Assembly (NCBI RefSeq): GCF_036365525.1
Contig: NC_090416.1
Span: 15,162,945-15,226,944, forward strand
From: Heterodontus francisci
Taxonomy: Eukaryota
Length of the DNA: 64,000 nt
Direction: 5' to 3'
Shown here: in pieces, positions 1-11,774 of the stretch
How the letters are laid out: each line of letters starts with the position of its first letter
Position numbering within the stretch: the stretch's first letter is position 1
Position numbers and translations under genes: made by a program
Notes under the pieces: model-generated
The model's database searches: none
What the model was told of the DNA's origin: nothing
Seen by the model: the letters and a program-made list of their open reading frames with translations, nothing else

Positions 1-71
1 ATAAACATGGCTGTAAAACCGGCCCATTCTCGGTATTTAACGGCTAATCTGTGCCTAAAACAATCTCTCAC

Positions 72-120
72 CTGTTAAGTGGAGCAGCAGGGCCCACAGG
101 AGATGCATCACTGCAGCCAT
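72..120 (-). CDS. Ig light-chain leader exon of gene 0 (its V/J/C lie left of the window)
   Basis: ATG at 120-118, reads MAAVMHLLWALLLHLT-G (49 nt, phase 1), followed by a GTGAG donor; identical to the leader at 13527-13575. Confidence 0.93.
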
Positions 121-230
121 TCCACCGGAAAAAGCGACAACAGCAACTGCCCAAATGTCTGCCTGAACCTGTTGGTGTAAACTGGGAGAGCGGCTCCGCT
201 TCCAGTGTCTGTAAACCAGAGACTCCGGGT

Positions 231-254
231 CTATTTATTGCCCGGTATGCAAAT
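231..254 (-). promoter_or_regulatory. Ig V promoter: octamer plus TATA-like element (gene 0)
   Basis: ATGCAAAT at 247-254 reads ATTTGCAT on the gene strand, the light-chain orientation; AATAAATA lies just downstream; ~127 bp upstream of the ATG. Confidence 0.88.
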
Positions 255-1566
255 GAGTGGGAGGGGCCAGAAAAACCTTGGCGGCAGATTCATCTTTCAA
301 GATTGGGTTTAAAATCTATTTGTGTTTGATTACATATTTGTTAAAATCTTAACCTTTGCTTTGCCAATGTTTAATCGCCAATTGCAGTTTGCGTTGCGGG
401 AAGGTTCCAATATCCGAAGATTTTTTGCGTTTAATAAATATTTCGTCTGTCCCTCCCCCAGAATCAGGAGGTGCGGGTTGTTGAGATACGAATTTATGGA
501 TTGACTTTGCCCTCAATCACGGGGGTAACGCGCTGTTAAGCTCTAATCAAAACAGAAAGTGCAATTTCAGATTTCCAGCATCTGTAGTATTTTGCTTTTA
601 TTTTAGTGTTAAACTCTGAAATCCTGCTTCACATTTTAAAATGTTCCATTCCCCTAAAATACCCATGTCACAAGAGGCTGACACCCGTTTCTCTCAGTCA
701 GCAGCAAGAGAAACCTACATTTATCCATCCCTTTTTAACATTTGACCTCACATGGGATTTGGTCTTCAGCCTGTAAATAAATCTCGGGTGAAAATATTCC
801 TGAGGTGGAGGAAAGGACTCATTAGATAAACGGGAAAGGGTGAGGATGATGAGGGACATTATAGTCCCTGCTCCAGTTCACAGAGAAGTTGTTATATTAC
901 AGCCTGAGTCACTCCTTCTAAAACACAGCAGGACAAATAAAACTTGCCACAGTATTATTAAATGACACTTTGCCTTTAAGTTGCTTCTGGTCCGATTAAG
1001 ATGCCCTTTTAAACCCTGTTGGATTAGCGACAGGGTCAGGATCTGTGATGTTGGAAACTTTAAATCTGTTTCGTGTAAATCCCTTACTCCCCACATTGAG
1101 TCTCAGTCCGCGTTTTTTAACAGACTGAGCGAATCAGGTTTGCATCAGTTACTTGAGATCGAATGGTAAATGCATTAAATTGTTGATAAGTGGGTTGGTG
1201 GAGATATGAACTTGAAAGGGGAAATATTTTTGTTAAGTAATGACGTAACTATGAAGTGAGTTATTAGTGTTGTTGGAAAATCACTCCGAGCGGCGGGAAG
1301 AATTGACGCTCCCGGGAGCATCCCAGTGAATTTAGACAGAGATAGGTTCCCACATGGACAAGGAACTTTTCGGTGAAGATCAGACGCTTGTTTCTACGCT
1401 TGAACTGATCTGTTAACATTATTTAAGGGGCTGAGGTGCTCAGACTGAAGCTTCTCTCTCAGCCTTGGACTGGGACCGAGTGCTTTCTTACTGCTGACAC
1501 CGACACTTCCTGACTGGACAACCAATCACGGCAGAACACAGCTCACACCGGGCACTGCACCTCGGG

Positions 1567-1916
1567 CAGCATTTGTTGCCTATCCCTAATTGCCCTTGAC
1601 AATTGAATGTCTTGTTGGGTATTTCAGAGTGCAGTTAAGAGTCAACCACATTGCTGTGGGTCTGGAGCCACATGTGGGCCAGATCGAGTCAAGATGGTAG
1701 ATTTCCACCCCTAAATGTCATTAGTGAACCAGATGATATTTTAGAACAATAAATGATGCTTTCATGACACCATTACTGAGACAAGCTTTCAATTCCAGAT
1801 TATTATTTAGTAAATGTAAACTCCACCACGAGCTGTGGTGCAATTTGAACCCATGCCCCAATGCTTTGGACGTTTGCAATTCGTCCAGTGACATTACCAC
1901 TTATGCCACCGCCTCC
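1567..1916 (-). mobile_element. tRNA-derived SINE (copies at ~15022-15371 and ~28485-28840)
   Basis: Minus strand begins GGAGGCGGTGGCATAAGTGG (A box, 1897-1908) and GGTTCAAAT (B box, 1843-1851), followed by a ~250-bp body. Confidence 0.7.
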
Positions 1917-1934
1917 TCTAACAGCAAAGGCACT

Positions 1935-2931
1935 GATAATGTTGGCAGTCCTCAAAGTGGAAAAGTCACCAGCTCCAGATGGGATTCATCCTCATTTGCT
2001 GAGGGAAGTAAGGGTGGACATGACGGAGGCTCTGGTCACAATCTTCCAATTGCCCTTGAAAATAACTGGAGGCAAATCTTACACCGCGGTTTAAAAAAAG
2101 AGATAAACCCAGCAACTACAGGCCAGTGACCCTAATGTCGTTTCGCGGGGAAACGTTTCGAAAAAATAACAATCTAGGACAAAATGTATTGGCATTTGGA
2201 AATGTACGGGCTAGTAGATGAAAGTCAGCACGGATTTTATGTTTGAGTAACTTGATTGACTTCTTCGATGAAGACAGAGGATGATGTGGGCAGTGTATGG
2301 TGTTGTGTATGAGGACTTTTAAAAGACATTTGACAAGGTATCACATTATAGACTTAATGGTAAATTAAAGGATTAAAGGGACAGTGACAGCATGGTTAGA
2401 AAGTCAGAAAGGAACAGAAAGCAGAGAATGGTGGTGAATGGTTGTTTCCTCGCCTGAAGGGAGGTATACAGTGGTGTTCCCCAGGGATTGATATGTTTCA
2501 TCTACATTAATGACCTTGAATTGGATACACAGGGAATAACTTTTTAGATGACATAAAACTTGGAAATATTGTCAATAGCGAGACAGACAGTAATAAACAT
2601 CAGGAAGATAGAGACACACTGGTGAAATAGACACATGGCAGATGAAAATTAACAAGTTGAGATCCGTGCCTTTATTGTCAGAAATGTGAAGTACAAAATG
2701 AAAGAAGTTGTGCTAAACCTTTATAAAACACTGTTTAGGCCTCAACTGGAGTTCTGTGTTCAATTCTGGGGATGGCAATTTCGGAAGGACGTGAAGGTCT
2801 TGGAGGGCGTGTGGAGGAGATTTACTGGAATGGTCCCAGGGATGAGGGATTTCAGTTAATGTGGAGAGACTGGAGAAGCTGGGATTGTTCTCATCACAGC
2901 AGAAAAGGTTAAGGGAAGATAGAATTGAGGG
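1935..2931 (+). mobile_element. Decayed CR1-clade LINE ORF2 (RT) fragment, 3' end deleted
   Basis: KSPAPDGIHPHLLREV motif; degenerate QHGF, DF.K.FDKV and SGVPQG-like stretches with many stops and frameshifts. Confidence 0.85.
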
Positions 2932-2948
2932 GTTAGGGTTAGGGTTAG
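2930..2948 (+). repeat. Short interstitial telomeric repeat (GGGTTA)3G at a deletion junction
   Basis: GGGTTAGGGTTAGGGTTAG; the homologous site in unit 3 has ~1.17 kb of other sequence instead. Confidence 0.85.
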
Positions 2949-3074
2949 AGAGTGCATGTCCATTAACCCTCTTTGTAAATGATATTCGCCTGGCCTCTCC
3001 CTCAGTTCTTGTGGGTATGATTTTAAATTCATAGTGACTCACCAATCGCTGCAAACATCTCTGAAGAGAGAGAG

Positions 3075-3975
3075 AGTGATGATACAAAGCTCGGTGGAAA
3101 AATAAGCTTTGAGGAGGAGATAGAGAGGCTGTAAAGGACATGGACCGGCTAAGTGAGTGGGTAGGAAAGTCGCATATGGAGTATAAAGTGGGAAAATGTG
3201 AAATTATCCACATTGATAGGAAGAACAAAAAAGTAGATTTTTTTTTAAAAGTTGAGGGACTGGAAAATGTTGGTATTCAAAGGGATTTGGGTGTCATTGT
3301 ACTCAAATCACAGACAGTTAACATGCAGGTACAACAAGCAATTAGGAAAGCAAATTGTTTTGATAGCCTTTATTGCACGAGTGGTGGAGTATAAGAGGAA
3401 GGAAGCCTTTCAGCAATTGTACTGAGCTTTGGTGAGACCACACCTGGAGACATGCGCGCAGGATTGGTCTCCTACCTAAGGAAGGACACACTTGCCTTGG
3501 AGGGAATAGAATGAAGTTTCACGAGATTGCTTCCTTTGGTGACAGGGCTGTCCTATGAGAAGAGATTGAGTAGAATGGGCCAATACCCTATCGAGTTTAG
3601 CAGAATGAGAGATGATAACAATTAAACATAACATTAACAGGGTAGATGTTGAGAGGCTGTTTCCCCCTGGCTGCAGAGTCTAGAACTAGGGAGTCACAGT
3701 CTCAGGATAAGGGCTTGGCCATTTCGGGCTGAGATGAGAAGACATTTCTTCACTCAGAGGGTTGTCAATCTTTGGAATTCTCTACCCCAGAAAGCTGTGG
3801 AGGCTCAGTCCTTGATTATATTCAACACAGAGATCGATATATTATTGGGTGCTGAGGGAATCAGGGAATATGGGGAACAGGCGGGGAAGTGGAATTGAGG
3901 TAGAAGATCTGACATGATTTGGTTAAATGGCAGAACAGGCTCGAGGGGCCGAATGTACTATTACTTATTTCTTTG
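3075..3975 (+). mobile_element. CR1-clade LINE 3' fragment
   Basis: MDRLSEW...YKVGKCEIIH...QRDLGVIV peptide, RHFFTQRVVNLWNSLP-like end and a GGCTCGAGGGGCCGAATG 3' UTR. Confidence 0.85.
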
Positions 3976-4239
3976 TTTAAAGGTCAAGAGGTGAGTGTAC
4001 AATCCACAAAAAATTCATTATTGATTTAAAAGCTACTGTAGGCGATCAAACATTTATCCGTCCAGTTAAATCCAGAATGTTGATGATTCACATGGCCGAA
4101 CAGCCAGGTTCCAGACTGGGTCTGAGAATGGCACTGAATGCAGCTCAGCTCAGGCCCTCGTCATCAACCACAGGGGACCTGGGCGGTGTTCTGAAAGCCT
4201 TATTTTAGATCCTGATACCCAAATTGAAGCTGTTTTTGG

Positions 4240-4380
4240 CTTGTTTGTGATGTGGTGCAGGTGTTGTGGTCACTCGCTGCAGGGAGTGGGAGAGGAACCC
4301 TGGGGAGGAACTGAAACCTCCCTGTTCACTTTCTGATAAGCAGCAGAGAGAAGCAGCATCTGGGCCCAGTTCCCCTGCTC
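4240..4380. promoter_or_regulatory. Candidate B-cell (3'-type) enhancer; copies at 17695-17835 and ~32325-32460
   Basis: RUNX TGTGGT (4251, 4265), E-box CAGGTG (4258-4263), PU.1/IRF composite GAGGAACTGAAA (4305-4316), TGATAA (4334-4339) and E-box CATCTG (4357-4362) in a non-repeat island. Function is inferred. Confidence 0.55.
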
Positions 4381-4504
4381 TGAAACACACAGAAACAGGA
4401 CGGAAATCTCAGAAACACCGTTAAACGGTTACATTCTTGGACACGTCACACATTTACAACAAAACAACCCATTATCTGGACTGGGCCCCTCAGGAGAACT
4501 GAAC

Positions 4505-4660
4505 TGAACTCCTGCTTTAAAACACTCGTTAAAACCTACCTCTTTCACCGAGCTTTTGGTCATTTCTCCGAATGCCACCTTATCTGGCTCAGTGCAATTT
4601 TTATCCTCTGAAGCGCCTTGGGACGTTTTACTAAGATAACGGTGCGATGTAAATGCAAGG
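4505..4660 (+). mobile_element. L2-like LINE/SINE 3' end
   Basis: FKT.LKTYLF-like terminus followed by a GAAGCGCCTTGGGACG...TAAATGCAAG tail. Confidence 0.55.
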
Positions 4661-4719
4661 GTGACACATGTGCTCTCAGCATTGACCCACACAAGGTTAA
4701 GAAAGTTTCAGAAGCCCTT

Positions 4720-7700
4720 GTAGGGAACAGTATAGAGAGGGGGATTGACACATCTTCCCTGCAGCAAAGAGCGAGAATCCCAAAGGCTGTGTGGCCTGCC
4801 CGGTGCCAGCGTTCAGGACATCTGCTCAGGGCTGGAGAGGAACTTACAGTGGGAGGAGGAGGATCCAGTTGTCGTGGTCCATGTAGGCACCAATGACATA
4901 GGCAGGACCAAGACGTTCTGCAAAGTCAGTATGAGGAGCTCGGCACCAAATTAAGAAGCAGAATCTCAAAGGTAATAATCTCTGGATTATTACCTGAGAC
5001 ACATACAAATTGGAGTAGGGCAAATCAGATTGGAGAAATGAATGTGTGTGGTCGAAGTAGGTTCTGATTCATTGGACACGGGCTAGGGAAAGTGGTGGCT
5101 GTCCCGTTGGGACAGTCCACTCCTGAACCATTTCCGGGACCAGTGTTCTAGCGAGTCTTATAACTGGGGAAGTAGAGAGGGGTTTAAAATAAATAGTGGG
5201 GTAAAGACATCAAATTCGGAATTGTGTGGTCAATAAAAGAGTAGAGACAAGGCAAGAAAGAAAGACATAAATATGGGATAAGATAAACTGACTGTGACAG
5301 GAAGGGACAGTGAGTACAAATCTAAGAGTAAATCAGCAGACAAGGCCAGAGGTAACAAAAATAACAAAAGAAAACAAAATTCTGCATCTGAATGCAGGTA
5401 GCATTCAAACAAAACAGATGAACTGATGACGCAAATACAAATAAATACGGAGGATCTGATAGCCATTACAGAGACATGGCTGCAACATGACATAGATTGG
5501 GATCTGAATATTGAAGGGTACCTGACATTCTAAGAAGGGCAGGAAGCTCGGAAAAGGTGGAGGGGTGGCCCTGTTAATTAATGATGATATTAGCAGAACA
5601 GAGAGGAATGATCTGTGTTCAGGAATTCGGGATGTAGAAGCGGTTTGGATCGAGATGAGAAATAATAAAGGCAAGAAGTTTACTTGTGGAAGTGGTGTGC
5701 AGGCTCCCTAACAGAACCTACTTGGTAGGATTGAATATAAGGGGAAAAAAATGGGAGCTTGTCAGAAAGGTACAGCAATCATCATGGGGGATTCTAATCA
5801 ATATATAGACTGGGAGAATCAGATGGGCAAAGGTAGCCTCGATGAGGAGTTCATGGAATGTTTTCAGGATAGTTTCTGACAACAGCACGTTCTGGAGCCA
5901 ACCAGAGAGCCAGCTACACTGGATCTGCGATTGTGTAACGTGATCGGATCAATTTATGACCTCATAGTGAAGGCATGACTAGGCAGCAGTAATCATAATA
6001 GGTGTATGTTTTACATTTAATTTGAGGGAGAGAAGAGTGGGTCTAAGACGAGCACTTTAAACTTCAATAAGGGCATGAAAGCAGAGTTAGCAAAAGTGAA
6101 CTGAGAAAGTAGGTTAAGGGATGGGTCAATAGAGATGCAGTGGCAGATATTTGAGGGGATATTTCAGAATACACAGCTTAGATACATTCCAACAAGAAAG
6201 AAAAATTCCAATAACCATTCGTGGTTAACTAAAAAAGTTCAAGATAGTACCAAACTTAAAGAAAAGCCATATAATTGTGAAAAGATGGGTGGCAGTTCAG
6301 AAGATTGGACACAATATAAAAACACAGCAAAGAATTACTAAAAGATTAATAAGGAGGGAGAAATTCGACTGCGAAAACAGCTGGCTAGAAATATTCTATA
6401 GCAAGTAAGTCTGGTGATTAATAATGGAAAAATAAGGAGATGGCAGATGAATTGAACAGGAATTTTGCATCAATATCCACCTTAGAGGATTCAAGTGGCA
6501 TCCCAGAAATAGCTGTAAATCAGGAAATGGAAGGGAGAGAGGAACTCAAGAAAATTACAATCACCAGAGAAGTGGTACTGAGCAAATTGTTGGAGCTGCA
6601 GACTGACAAGTCTCTGGGTCTTGATGGACTTCATCCTAGAGTCTTAAAAGAAGTGGCTAGTGAGATAGTTGATGCGTTGGATTTAATTTTCCAAAACTCC
6701 CTAGATTTGGACTGGGTTCCATTTGATTGTAAAATGGCCAATGTAACTGCTTTATTCAAAAAGGGAGGGAGACAGAAAGCAGAAAACTACAGGTCCGTTA
6801 GCTTAACATCTGTCATAGAGAAAATGTTAGAAGCGATTATTAAAGACGTTATAGTAGGGCATTTAGTAAATTCAAGGTAATCAGGCATAATAGCTTTGCG
6901 AAAGGGAAATCATGTTTAACCAGTTTATTGGAGTCAATTCTTTGCGGGAGTTGCATGTGCTGCGGATAAAGGGGATGTATTGTTCTTAGATTTCCTGAAG
7001 GCGTCTGATAAGGTGCCATTTCAAAGGTTATTGCAGAAAATAAAAGCTCATCGTGTAAGGGGTAACATTTTGTCATGGATAGAAGTGTAGTTGAAGAAGT
7101 GTAGTTAGCTAAAACGGAACTGAGAGTAAGCAAAATGGGTCATTTTCTGATTGGCAAGATGTAATGAATGGTGGACCACAAGAATCAGTTCTGGGGCCCT
7201 AAATTTTTGCAATTTATACAATTAAGTTGGATAAAGGGGCTGAAGGTATTGTTGATAAATTTGCTGATGACACAAAGATAGGTGGGAACATAAGCTGTGA
7301 AGTGGGAAGAAGGAACTACTAAGGGATATAGATAGGTTACGTGAGTGGGCAAAAATCTGGAAAATCGGGTATGATGTGGGAAAATGGAAAATTGTCCATT
7401 TTGGCAGGAAAAATAAAAAAATAAGCATATTATCTAAATGGTGAGAGATTGCAGAGGGATCTGTGTGTCCTCGTGCATGAATCACAAATGGTTAGTATGC
7501 AGGTACAGCAAGCAATTTGGAAAGCTATTCGAATTTTGTTGTTTATTGCAAAGGAAATTGAATAAAAAGTAGGGAGTTCATGCCGCAGTTATACAAGGCA
7601 TTGTTGAGACCAGATCTGACGTACTGTGTATAGTTTTAGTTTCCTTATATAAGGGAGGGTGTAACTGCATTGGAAGCAGTTCAGCGAAGGTTTACTAGTC

Positions 7701-8165
7701 TAATACCCGGAATGGACAGGTTGTCTTATGAGGAGATTTTGGACAGCCTAGGTTTGTATCCACTGGAGTTTAGAAGAGTAAGAGGTGTCTTGATTGAAAC
7801 ATATAAGATTCTGAGCTGTCTAGAAAGGGTGGATTTGGAAAGGATGATTCCCCTTGTGGGACAATCTAGAACTAGGGGTAACTGTTTGTAGATAAGGGGT
7901 CGCCTTGTGGAGATGTGGAGAATTCTTTTCACTCAGAGGGTTGTGAGACTTTGGAATTCTCTTCCTCAAAAGGCGGTGGAAGCAGAGTCTTTGAATATTT
8001 TTAAGGTAGAGGGAGATAGATTCTTGATAAGCAAGGGGTTGAAAGGTGATCGGGAGGAGGCCGGAATGTAGAGTTGAGGTTACAATCAGATCATCCATGA
8101 CCTTCTTGAAAGACGTAGCAGGCTCGAGGGGCCGAGTGGCCAACTCCTGTTCCTAATTCGTATAT
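4720..8165 (+). mobile_element. Long degenerate CR1-clade LINE (ORF1 SGNH esterase part, ORF2 APE endonuclease and RT, 3' UTR)
   Basis: VVVVHVGTNDIG (esterase block), AITETWL and MGD.N (APE), DKSLGLDGLHPRVLKE / NYRSVSLTSV / KFADDTK (RT), EAVQRRFTSLIPG; multiple stops. Confidence 0.92.
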
Positions 8166-8499
8166 TTGGAAATCAAACATTCAGGTGATGAGCTGAGCTC
8201 AGGATAATCCTCAACTTTCACTTTTTGGTTTGGGAATAACCTCCATTATACTCACAAGCAAACCTATGTAATTAGCAGGTTGCGCATTGCGCCCCTGCTT
8301 CAGTGCATTCATGGTACACAGGATTATTACGTCATGACGCAGGGTTAAAATGTAAATACGCTCGTGGTCACTCACACTAATCGCCTCCCACCACCATCCC
8401 TGCACATGCTCAGTGGTGACACTCAGTGTCTCTTGTTCTGAGGTCATTTCGCAGACATGATTAAACATATTCAGATTCCTCACTTCCTTATCCAGCAGC

Positions 8500-9160
8500 A
8501 GGGGAACAGGAGTAGATCCAAAGTGGATTATCTCACACTCCCCCACATTGAGCGACACCTGTCACATTTCAGTCCACTCACAACCTGGATAGACCCGCTT
8601 GGTACTTACTGCTCACATCCTACACACGTTACTGTGTCTCCTAACATAACACCGCCTACCAACCTGGATATAAAACACCCGACTCCTTCACCTGAGTCAC
8701 TAATAAATATGATGGAAGGATTGAGGCCCCAGCACTAATCCCTGGAGAACCGTCCGTGCCACATACGGAGAACCTGAGACCTCCTATTTATCCCCACTCC
8801 CTGTCTCCTGCCTCTCAACCAATTTCCAACCCAAATCGAAAGGCTGCCTCCAATTCCATGTACGTCAATTGTGACAATAATCTTTAGTGTAGAACCTGAT
8901 TTATGCCTTATCCAGAGACCATCCGGATAACATTTATGGACACTCCTTTGTCTAAGAATAGCAACGGCCTCAAGAGATGGAACTATATTAATCAGACATT
9001 ATTTAACTTTAACAAAGCCATGTTGGTCCCTCTGTTCAGTTTACATTAAATAGTGTTCACTCTCACTATCCCCAATGACAGAGTGTAATAGCTTCCCTAC
9101 AACTGATGTGACACAGACAGGCCGGTAGTTACCTGGTTCCACTCTCCCACCCTTCTTAAA
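8500..9160 (-). mobile_element. Antisense CR1-like RT fragment
   Basis: Minus-strand MSLNVGECEIIHFG; NYRPV-like sequence near 9120-9135. Confidence 0.7.
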
Positions 9161-9164
9161 TTAT

Positions 9165-9540
9165 CCAATGTCTGAAGTACTGTGTACAGTTCTGGAAAGA
9201 CTATCGCAGAAAGTGAATAATGGATGATGTGGAGACACACCAGAATGTAACCAGGGATCCAAGTGTTAAATTATGTGGAACGATTACATAATCTAGGCTT
9301 GTATTGCTGGAATATGGAATGTTAAAGGCCGATTTGACTGAGATTTGTAGGATTTTGAAAAGGATTGATAGGGTACATTGAGAGAAACTACTCCTCCAGT
9401 AGGGAGCGATGTCCTGAACAAGGAGACATGTTTTAAAATTATTAAATCCAATGGGGAATTCAGGAGAAACTTATTTTCCCAGAGAGTGGTGAGAATGTGG
9501 AACTCACTACCACAGGGAGTGGTTGGGGCAAATAGCAGAG
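9165..9540 (+). mobile_element. CR1-like 3' fragment
   Basis: FRRNLFSQRVVRMWNSLPQGVV peptide. Confidence 0.7.
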
Positions 9541-9668
9541 ATAAGTGTTTCTGTCCTGTACTTTCATATAATGTTGTCTGGGCTGTAAACTATGCTCTCA
9601 GTTCCCTCAATGTCACTTTAAGTGTTGAATAAAGTTGAACCATATTAATTTCAGGTCAGCATTTCATC

Positions 9669-9674
9669 TTTATT
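9669..9674 (-). terminator. Probable polyadenylation signal of gene A (copies at ~23126 and ~38007)
   Basis: AATAAA on the minus strand ~305 bp past the C stop codon, present in all three copies. Confidence 0.65.
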
Positions 9675-9978
9675 AAGAGCTGTATGACACAAGTTCCCAA
9701 ACACAACACGGTCACCGACTAAAGGGGAATCCGTTCCCATTTTACACACAGCGGAAGTTTACACACAGGAAATTGGGGACAATTCTACAGGAAATTCCAT
9801 GTCACAAAGTCAGACAATCATTTCACCCGCCTCTGATATTATTCAACATTCGGGTTGTCCGCCAAAAACTGACATTGCTACAGTGATTACATTGCAAAAC
9901 AACAAAAAAAGAGGATTCCACATATTGAATAATATTTCATCAGCAATAAATCAAACTCTAAACCCCAGTTGCCTCCTC

Positions 9979-10307
9979 TCAGTCGGAACAAGCGGTGGAG
10001 CTGATGGTTTTGAGGAGAGGTGAGCTCAGAGAGCCGTGGTCCACACTGCAGGTATAGCTGGAGCCCTTATTCCAGGCAGTGGCGGGGACTCTCAGGTAAC
10101 TGCTCAGGCTGTAGGTTTGATCACTGTCCGTGGACACGGTGCCTGTGGTCACCCCGCTGTCTGTCTCTTTATCATCCACTCTCCAGAGAACCCGCACGAA
10201 ACCCGGCTTAAAGTGGCTCACCAGGCAGGACAGAGTAGCCCATCCGGAGTCTATTTCTTCTGAGGAAGGAGGGAGCAGAAGAACTGATGGTTTCCGATCC
10301 TCACTAC
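9979..10307 (-). CDS. Ig light-chain constant exon, cluster A (type I / sigma-cart-like)
   Basis: CAG acceptor at 10310-10308, phase 1. Reads (S)SEDRKPSVLLLPPSSEEIDSGWATLSCLVSHFKPGFVRVLWRVDD...YSLSSYL...YTCSVDHGSLSSPLLKTISSTACSD*: a C1-set domain with both Cys, the Trp and the C-terminal interchain Cys. Confidence 0.97.
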
Positions 10308-10579
10308 CTGTTTTTGAGGGAAAAGAAAATTCATTAATATATAACCCATTCGCAGTGGGACACTCTGAGCTGAAATCTGATTGGATGCTGCATTAACTCT
10401 CCTTATTCACATTAACTTTAAACTGAATTACTGATCCATTCTGTAGTTCCAATAAATTCTTAGGTCTCTCGTTCCTGAGCTCATCTGCCAATTCATTTTC
10501 CTCGAGTACAACAGTGACGATAGTTCAAAATTACTTCATTTGGATCCGAGGACCTTAAAACTGCTGCATAAATGACCGA

Positions 10580-11310
10580 ATCACAGACTGGGAGGGAGCA
10601 GCGGGAGTCCATTTTGCCCATCGTGTTGGCTCTTTGAAAGAGCTATCCAATTAGTTCCCGCTCCCCCCACTCTTTCCCCATATCCTTGCAAAATTTCTCA
10701 ATTTCATGTATTTGTCCAATTCCCCTATTGAAAGTTACTATTGAATCTGTTTCCACCGTCCTTTCAGGCAGTGCGTTCCAGATTGCAACAACTCGGTACG
10801 TTAAAAAAAACTCTCCTCATCTCCCCCTCTGGTTCTTTTACTAATTATCTTCAACCTGTGTCCTTCTGGTTACCGACCCTCCTGTCAGTGGAAACAGTTT
10901 CTCCTCATTTCCTCTGTCGAAACCCTTCCTGATTTTGAACGCCTCAGTTAAGTCTCCCCTTAACCTTCTCTGCTCCAAGCAGAACAATCCCAGCTTCTCC
11001 CAGTCTCTCCACATTAAGTGAAGTCCCTCATCCCTGGTCCCATTCTGGGAAATCTCCCTCCACACTCTCTCCAACACCTTGACAGTGTGATGCCCAGAAT
11101 TAGACCCTATACTCCAGCCGGGGCCTATCCAGTGCTTTATAAAGCATTAATGCATCCACTTTGTTTTGTCCGCTCTGCCTCTATTAATAAAGTCCAGGAT
11201 ACCATCAGCTTTTCAAACAGATTCCTCAATGAGTGCTGCTTCCGACAAAGATTAGCGTACACACAGCCCCAGGTCTCTCTGTTCCTGCACCCTCTTTGAA
11301 ATTGTATCAT
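10580..11310 (-). mobile_element. CR1-like 3' fragment in the J-C intron
   Basis: Minus-strand EKLGLFCLEQRRLRGDLTEAFKI peptide. Confidence 0.8.
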
Positions 11311-11774
11311 GAACAAGACAACCTTTCTTTCGGATAAAATAAGAACAAGGAAAGCTGCAACTGCAGACTGGCTCAGTCAGTAAGTGTGAAGATTAGCAAT
11401 TGGCCGCTTCAGATACAGTTTACAGCCCCGAACCCGCACTCAGCTGTCTGTACCCGATATAAACACTGAGCAACCGGCTGCATTTTCCAGTATTTCCACT
11501 TTATATTTACATATACATTTCCAATATTTGCTGGTTCTTTTTTGTTACCATTTGTATATAATGCCGCGTTTGCTTGTCTTAAAATGCAGTCAGTGTTAAC
11601 GTTAAAGATGTGAATTCATGGAGCTGTGACCTGCTTTTAACTGAGTGTCCATATATTTTCTGACATCACAAACAGCGCAGATTCAACACAAAGATACCGG
11701 GGATAAAAGGGTTCAATTGAAGTCTTGAAGATGAATGTACTCAATGACTGAGTATTCAAAGCGCCCTGTTAAAG

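Noticed and set aside
51-329. 92-aa plus-strand ORF repeated in each unit
   Set aside because: It is antisense to the leader and promoter, frameshifted in unit 3, and recurs only because of the duplication.
1843-1916. tRNA gene
   Set aside because: A and B boxes are present but there is no convincing cloverleaf, and the sequence runs into a SINE body.
4720-8165. Active retrotransposon or domesticated RT gene
   Set aside because: Numerous stops, frameshifts and internal deletions in all three copies.
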